Below, in pieces: positions 55,501 through 59,925 of a stretch of DNA of 59,925 nucleotides. The position numbers and the translations under genes were made by a program. The DNA comes from a virus. Lineage: Duplodnaviria > Caudoviricetes. The stretch is from positions 1 through 59,925 of IMG/VR virus record IMGVR_UViG_3300027983_000017; one strand, written 5' to 3'. Under the pieces are notes generated by a model that did no database searches, was not told the DNA's origin, and saw only the letters and a program-made list of their open reading frames with translations. The first letter of the stretch is position 1, and each line of letters opens with the position of its first letter.

Positions 55501-58145
55501 GTTACAGGAACATCTCCTTTTTCTTTTTGTAAAATTTTTCTAAGTTCAGCAACTCTTTCATATCTATTAAAGAAATTATTTAAATCAGTTGTTTTAACAC
55601 CAAATTGTGTTAAAGCTTCAAGCTTTCTTTTTTTAAACTTATACTGTTTTACCGATTCAGGATCAGTAAGCAATTCTAAAGATATAATTTCATCTTTAAG
55701 CATTGCTTCTTCATTTTTTAATTTAGTATAATCAAAAATAACCTCTGAATCTCTTTGAGACATGTTCTTTAATGGAGCTTGAGAAAGGTATTTTTCTATA
55801 ATGGATTTTTTTCTTTCTACAGTATTTGTATATGCTTCATTAAAAAACACAGCATTTTTAATTCCATTATTCCAACCATAATATAAAGCAACTTTGCTTC
55901 TATACTCAGGACTATCTTTTTCAGGTAAATTACGTAAATCTACAGGATTGGGAAGTTTTTCTTGATAATAGTCATTTGTTTTCTCTATTTTTTTAATTTT
56001 CTCAATTGTTTTAGGAATTTTAGCAAGATATTTTTCACCTTCTCCTTTAGGGATGGTAGGTATAGCATCTTCTAATTCTTCCGGGGTTAATTGACCCATA
56101 TCATTTAAATTTTTTCTAAAGACATCTAATGTACCGTTTTCTAAAAGAGTATTCATTTGATATACTAATCCTTCAAAAGTAGCATCAGTTGCTTCTTTTA
56201 CACTACCTTCTTTTTTTATATTAGATACTTCATCTTGTACTCCATAATTAAAATAATTACTATTTAAAAAATCTTTAATGTCTATACTATTAAGATTATT
56301 AACCATATTTTTGGTAATATCTAATTTAGTTTTTTTAAAGTCTTCATAAACTTCTTTATTAAACATTCTGTTATATCCTATACCTAAATTTTTAAAAGCT
56401 GAATTTAAAGGCATTGCCAAAGCTCCCATTGCAAAACCTGAAGCAAACGTTTCAAAACCCGTAGCTGTAAATTGTTTACCCAACTCCTCACTAAAATATG
56501 CAGCTTGAGAAGCTTCATTATATAAAGCTGCTCCTTTACCGTAAAAATGTGCCTGTAAAGCTTTACTATTAAAAGTATCTGTATAATATCTTTTATTAGC
56601 ACCTGCTATAACTTCTTGTAAATTTTCTTGAATACCTTCTGCAAAATTTGCTTTAAAATAACCTATAGTGCCTAAAGTAGATTTATAAATTGGTTGCTTC
56701 AACCAACTTTTAGCCATATTTTTAAAATTAGCAGCTCTAAAATCAAATGATTTTTTAGCATTATCATATATAATTTCACCAAAATCTCCAAACTTCCCCC
56801 CTTTAATTGTCTTAAGCTCTTTAATAGTATTCTTCATAGAATTTCTAATACCACCTTTAGCTCCCATTATATTAGGAAAAACAATTGCATTACTGCCATA
56901 AATTAAAGCTGTGTTCCAAAGTACTGTATTAAGGGAAGCTTTTTCAGATTGTTTAATCATTTCATATTGTTGTGCATCTGTAGGAGCTTCTCCAAACTCA
57001 GCATAATGTTCATTATATAATTGATCATAAATTTCATTCTTTACCATACCTCCTTCAAGCCGAGCTTCAGATAAAGCCATGTTTATTCTTTGAACATCTC
57101 TATAAAAACCACCAAAAGTTTTAAAACCTTTACCTAAATTAGTAAGATTATCTGCTTTTGCTGCTTTAAAAGAAGTTAATGTATTACTAATTGGATTAAA
57201 AGCTGATGTTCCTGTAGTATTAGCGTTTTTCCAAAAGTTTCTTGCCCCACTTACACTTTTAACACTATTTAAAGTTGCATTAACAGCTTTATAACCATCT
57301 ACTGCTTTATCTAAACCTCTAATAGCTCTTCCTGTATTCTTTATAAGATTTGCTGTACTAACAACAAAACTAGCACCTCCTGTTTCTGGTGCTAATAATA
57401 CACCTGCTACTTCTTCTAAAATAGCTTCTGTCATAATACCAGCTGAATAACCAAAATTCATAATGGTATTATTCATAAAAGAACCAAATCCTTTTTTGCT
57501 AGATTGTCCAATAGCAGCATATTCAGCGTATTCTGCAGCATCAACACTGTCGGAACTTGTAAAATCTCCTTGTAACATTTTAACTAAACTTTTAGGTCCT
57601 GCTACAAGACCTTTTCCAAACAACGGCCAAAATGAATTTAACATCATTTTTTTATGATCATCCCACCATGTAGTGTGTTCATTATACAAAGATTCATTAT
57701 CTCTTAACGGTGAAAATCCTATTTTACTAAAAAGTTCTGGACCATAAGCTGCATATTTCTTATAAAAAGCATTACCGTCAGGCCCAGCATTATAGGAGTA
57801 TATTTTAGCATATGAATTTTTATCATTAACTGTTAATTTTGCTTTACTATCATTTTTTAAAGCTTGTGCAAAAGACTTAAAATCAAAATTCTTTTTGTTT
57901 GGCCCAGGTTTATTTGGTGCATACTGTATAAGCTGATCTCTAACATTTTTTTGAGGAGATGTAAGATTTTCAACATTAGGTAATGCAGGAAAAAAACTTT
58001 GTTGAGATAGATCATTTAAAGGAGCTCTTAATCTTTCTCCTTCAAAAGCTGATAAACCTTTAGCATCTACTACAGGTTGATTAATTCTTCCATACTCAGG
58101 TCCTAAAGGATCTAAAGAACTAAATGTATTATTAGTATCTCCCAT
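52545..58145 (-). CDS. Large virion cargo/ejection protein
   Basis: 1866 aa; Gly/Ala-rich hydrophobic helices and EG.QE..QE motif in the N-part, helical middle; directly upstream of the virion RNAP gene. Confidence 0.7.
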   Translation of the reverse strand: MGDTNNTFSSLDPLGPEYGRINQPVVDAKGLSAFEGERLRAPLNDLSQQSFFPALPNVENLTSPQKNVRDQLIQYAPNKPGPNKKNFDFKSFAQALKNDSKAKLTVNDKNSYAKIYSYNAGPDGNAFYKKYAAYGPELFSKIGFSPLRDNESLYNEHTTWWDDHKKMMLNSFWPLFGKGLVAGPKSLVKMLQGDFTSSDSVDAAEYAEYAAIGQSSKKGFGSFMNNTIMNFGYSAGIMTEAILEEVAGVLLAPETGGASFVVSTANLIKNTGRAIRGLDKAVDGYKAVNATLNSVKSVSGARNFWKNANTTGTSAFNPISNTLTSFKAAKADNLTNLGKGFKTFGGFYRDVQRINMALSEARLEGGMVKNEIYDQLYNEHYAEFGEAPTDAQQYEMIKQSEKASLNTVLWNTALIYGSNAIVFPNIMGAKGGIRNSMKNTIKELKTIKGGKFGDFGEIIYDNAKKSFDFRAANFKNMAKSWLKQPIYKSTLGTIGYFKANFAEGIQENLQEVIAGANKRYYTDTFNSKALQAHFYGKGAALYNEASQAAYFSEELGKQFTATGFETFASGFAMGALAMPLNSAFKNLGIGYNRMFNKEVYEDFKKTKLDITKNMVNNLNSIDIKDFLNSNYFNYGVQDEVSNIKKEGSVKEATDATFEGLVYQMNTLLENGTLDVFRKNLNDMGQLTPEELEDAIPTIPKGEGEKYLAKIPKTIEKIKKIEKTNDYYQEKLPNPVDLRNLPEKDSPEYRSKVALYYGWNNGIKNAVFFNEAYTNTVERKKSIIEKYLSQAPLKNMSQRDSEVIFDYTKLKNEEAMLKDEIISLELLTDPESVKQYKFKKRKLEALTQFGVKTTDLNNFFNRYERVAELRKILQKEKGDVPVTDEEIEKLLNDNHGEFTEENKIKKYSEHEASYKEYLKALASLDGDYIFDKDVDDSYELLADHYKLDSESRKLMNYVNLIHDPNAFIESAVRNSEWMQELYAKRGSIYEKMITEHLSVVIDNALLNSLANKSIYISMEDFQAWQENGTPPSEFFDHAGKMIIPEGTPEYDVYYEEFEKAAELKDQKTTTVPESLDAQLKKDLEDADKAMQIELENLPKKEVRTLIKKIIPNATGKITLTKINSELESNQYADGEYGSDTPFVLFKDAENQLKLDNINGEVIENMSALAIIFDSVEVYTLSEQADPVLAEAIKQKYIDFKNKISEDYANYKEKLIKEESTVVKDFVPIIGDEESLSEYPALHNKLFTSFQEIVISKLSDEENQNLTDEQVSNLFNNFLKTNKDARIEIDNFNKAKKLETVTQETGEKGEFEYMYQGKKVNTESIKTVKDLRAAQRRIKALVVSIEAKEDITPEDKTDKSKYKIIITDLEKLIATRSRKGLTPELIIASDKLKTLKETQGEITITSEGITINNELYKTIEELTGVAEENSIFKQYIDEQVKNLFSVESGPEFNPARITQEAFDNLFGPKGYVTAIKQRVDNGELVIISEDFIIFDEKTKIASKVGLVIADTKGNLTIVDVIADSKTNWDVFKKKDNPKSKLKKTSLLLLTKANLLSNMLGVSVNAAVLPIEIIVTGTDSKIVSANKPSSPTILATDFLVSLDKKGVQAEADAFVPVVEKEVLMNTEAKANIVPVDAESSDDTESPAIKAEQEERKVEVIDDSLRYRVSDFKADLAKVNSQEELQVVITELSIKIPEGNVAQEDLQEMAILAKQKKEELANPQTVKIVPETLTVGTKLIAKNIIFTEEGNNKSEVFADANDTLVMQSINLVDKTVTVAVQGMDLILGTANEIVFSFKDLNKIFTLNNVVMSAIETKESLSTEDKQKIETSIDLTDSFIKDTAQLDKIENAVSTKALKDLDDELLDDIEC

Positions 58146-59925
58146 TACTTAACTCTTTATTAAATTCTTTATATGTAGACCATGTATCTATAATCATATC
58201 TCTATGACCTTCTAACTCTGAACCAAATGTAGATATATTATTAAAAGTATGTTCTGACTTATATTGATTTGTAAGAGGATCCCACAATCTATAATTATTT
58301 TTAATTGTATAATCACCAGTACCTATTTCATTTTTTTTAATAGTTATTGAAAAATTATCATCAATAGGATCAACATAAGTATAACCGTTTTTTTCATTAT
58401 CTATATATGTTTGTAAAGGTGATTTAAAAGTTTGTTGATATATAGTAGTTTTATCTAAATTTTTAGAATTTGTAATTAAAGAAATACCATTAGTAATTAT
58501 ATCATTATATTGATTAGCATCTATAAAACCTGCATCAGTAGTGTCTTTAATATAATTTTTTAACCAAACAGGATCTGGATGAAAAGTAATAGCTGCTTTA
58601 TCCATACTATTAGCAGCAATAGGTGCTACAGATACTTTAAAATTATCCATTTTTGTATTAGGGTCAGATAATTCTTTATTTATCAATGACAATAACTTTT
58701 CACCAATTATATTATTTTCACCTTTTATTTCATCATCATAAGCAACTTTACCAATACCTTTAAAACTTATACGATCACTTGTACTATCACCAAAATCTAT
58801 AGTACTTATAACATTGTTAAGCTCTGTTAAATGTGTTCTACTTTCCGTCATTGGAGCTTTAGTATTTATAAAAATATCTGAAGTACCCATTGTAAATTTA
58901 CCTGAACCATCTAAAGTACCTATTTTATCTAATCCAGCAAATTTATTCTTAACTTGATTAGGTTTATTTGTACTATATATTTTAGTAGCAGCCGCTAACA
59001 TTTTTTTATAATTAACATTGTCGTCATAAACTCTATTAGTATCTCCAAAACCTTTATTAGAAATAGGACTATTTGTTGTAGAACTTGATGAGTAAGACGC
59101 TGTTCCCACTAAGCGTGAGAAACCTTTTATAGCGTCTTTACCGTGTTTATCACTTATAGCTTTATAAAATTGTTCTTCACTTCTTAATTGTCCAGAAGGA
59201 GCATATAAAAACTCAGTAAACTCAAAACCATCGTTTCTTAATTGGTCTTCTACTACTTCTGATGAGTCTTTTCTCCAAGCATTATCTTTTCTTAAATAAT
59301 TAGAATAGTCTTTAAAATTAAGACTCTTTTTACTATAATCTGTATAAGTAGGATCATCTTGAAATGTGCTTAAATCACCATTATTACCAAGCCAAGAATT
59401 AAATTTATTTTGAATATTTTCTAAGTCCTTAGCACCAACTTCATTATTTATCCAAACGTTACCGTGTTTTTTTAATTTTTCATTAAAATTAGCAAAAGAA
59501 ATATTTGGGTTTTTAGTATAACTTAATATTTTAGCAGCTTCTTCTTTAGGCATTGTACCTTCTTCTACTAAAGTTTCTATTAAAGCCAAAGTACTTTTTA
59601 AATAAGGTTGAGCAATATTATCAGCATATAGATTTCTTATTTTATTACTCGCTGCTCTATAGTCTAGCTTATCAGTTGATGTTCCATCAGACTTTACACC
59701 CAGAGTTACTTTATCATAAATATCAGTATATACAAGCTTACCATCTTTACCTACACTAGCAAGACCTGTTTTTAAAGCATGCTCTTTAAGTAATTTTGCA
59801 TCCTCTCTATCAGATTTTGCATTTGCCGCATCAAGTAATCCTTTATTACCTAAAAGTCTTTCTTGAGTTCTATTAGCATGTCTATACCCTTCTAAAGCAT
59901 AAGGATCAGCTGTTATGGTTTGTTT
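58132..59925 (-). CDS. Virion cargo-like protein, 5'-truncated by the window edge
   Basis: The frame stays open from 59589 to the window end (KQTITADPYALEG...), so the tracked TTG start is internal. Confidence 0.75.
   Translation of the reverse strand, partial: KQTITADPYALEGYRHANRTQERLLGNKGLLDAANAKSDREDAKLLKEHALKTGLASVGKDGKLVYTDIYDKVTLGVKSDGTSTDKLDYRAASNKIRNLYADNIAQPYLKSTLALIETLVEEGTMPKEEAAKILSYTKNPNISFANFNEKLKKHGNVWINNEVGAKDLENIQNKFNSWLGNNGDLSTFQDDPTYTDYSKKSLNFKDYSNYLRKDNAWRKDSSEVVEDQLRNDGFEFTEFLYAPSGQLRSEEQFYKAISDKHGKDAIKGFSRLVGTASYSSSSTTNSPISNKGFGDTNRVYDDNVNYKKMLAAATKIYSTNKPNQVKNKFAGLDKIGTLDGSGKFTMGTSDIFINTKAPMTESRTHLTELNNVISTIDFGDSTSDRISFKGIGKVAYDDEIKGENNIIGEKLLSLINKELSDPNTKMDNFKVSVAPIAANSMDKAAITFHPDPVWLKNYIKDTTDAGFIDANQYNDIITNGISLITNSKNLDKTTIYQQTFKSPLQTYIDNEKNGYTYVDPIDDNFSITIKKNEIGTGDYTIKNNYRLWDPLTNQYKSEHTFNNISTFGSELEGHRDMIIDTWSTYKEFNKELSNGRY

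Noticed and set aside
29525-59759. Short plus-strand ORFs within the large minus-strand genes, and short minus-strand ORFs within the plus arm
   Set aside because: They are antisense shadows of long genes and have no recognisable motifs.
1-59925. Stop-codon reassignment (TAG or TGA) as in some crAss-like phages
   Set aside because: Genes are full-length and densely packed under the standard code, several end properly in TAG or TGA, and no suppressor tRNA is seen.

Overview
AT-rich segment of a lytic, crAss-like (phi14:2-type) phage that probably infects Bacteroidota. The host call rests on A-rich leaders without Shine-Dalgarno sites, a Bacteroidota-type NrdJ and a tmRNA. The + strand arm (1-29.4 kb) carries small early genes, a tRNA-like RNA, a tmRNA, a family A DNA polymerase, ThyA, a class II ribonucleotide reductase, a phiEco32-like amidoligase/ATP-grasp/glutamine-amidotransferase cluster and a replication module. 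The - strand arm (29.5-59.9 kb) carries very large virion cargo proteins. Two features stand out. First, nrdJ is split into three exons by two related group I introns (8730-10484 and 10834-12974). Their peripheral loops hold six ORFs with no recognisable homing-endonuclease motif, including the only catalytically intact peptidase-C26 amidotransferase of the amidoligase system. Second, a 6381-aa virion protein contains two RNA polymerase catalytic modules (DFDGD and DFDID) separated by repeat-bounded accessory domains, which could be a real fusion or an assembly chimera. All calls come from reading motifs and base pairing by eye; no searches were run.
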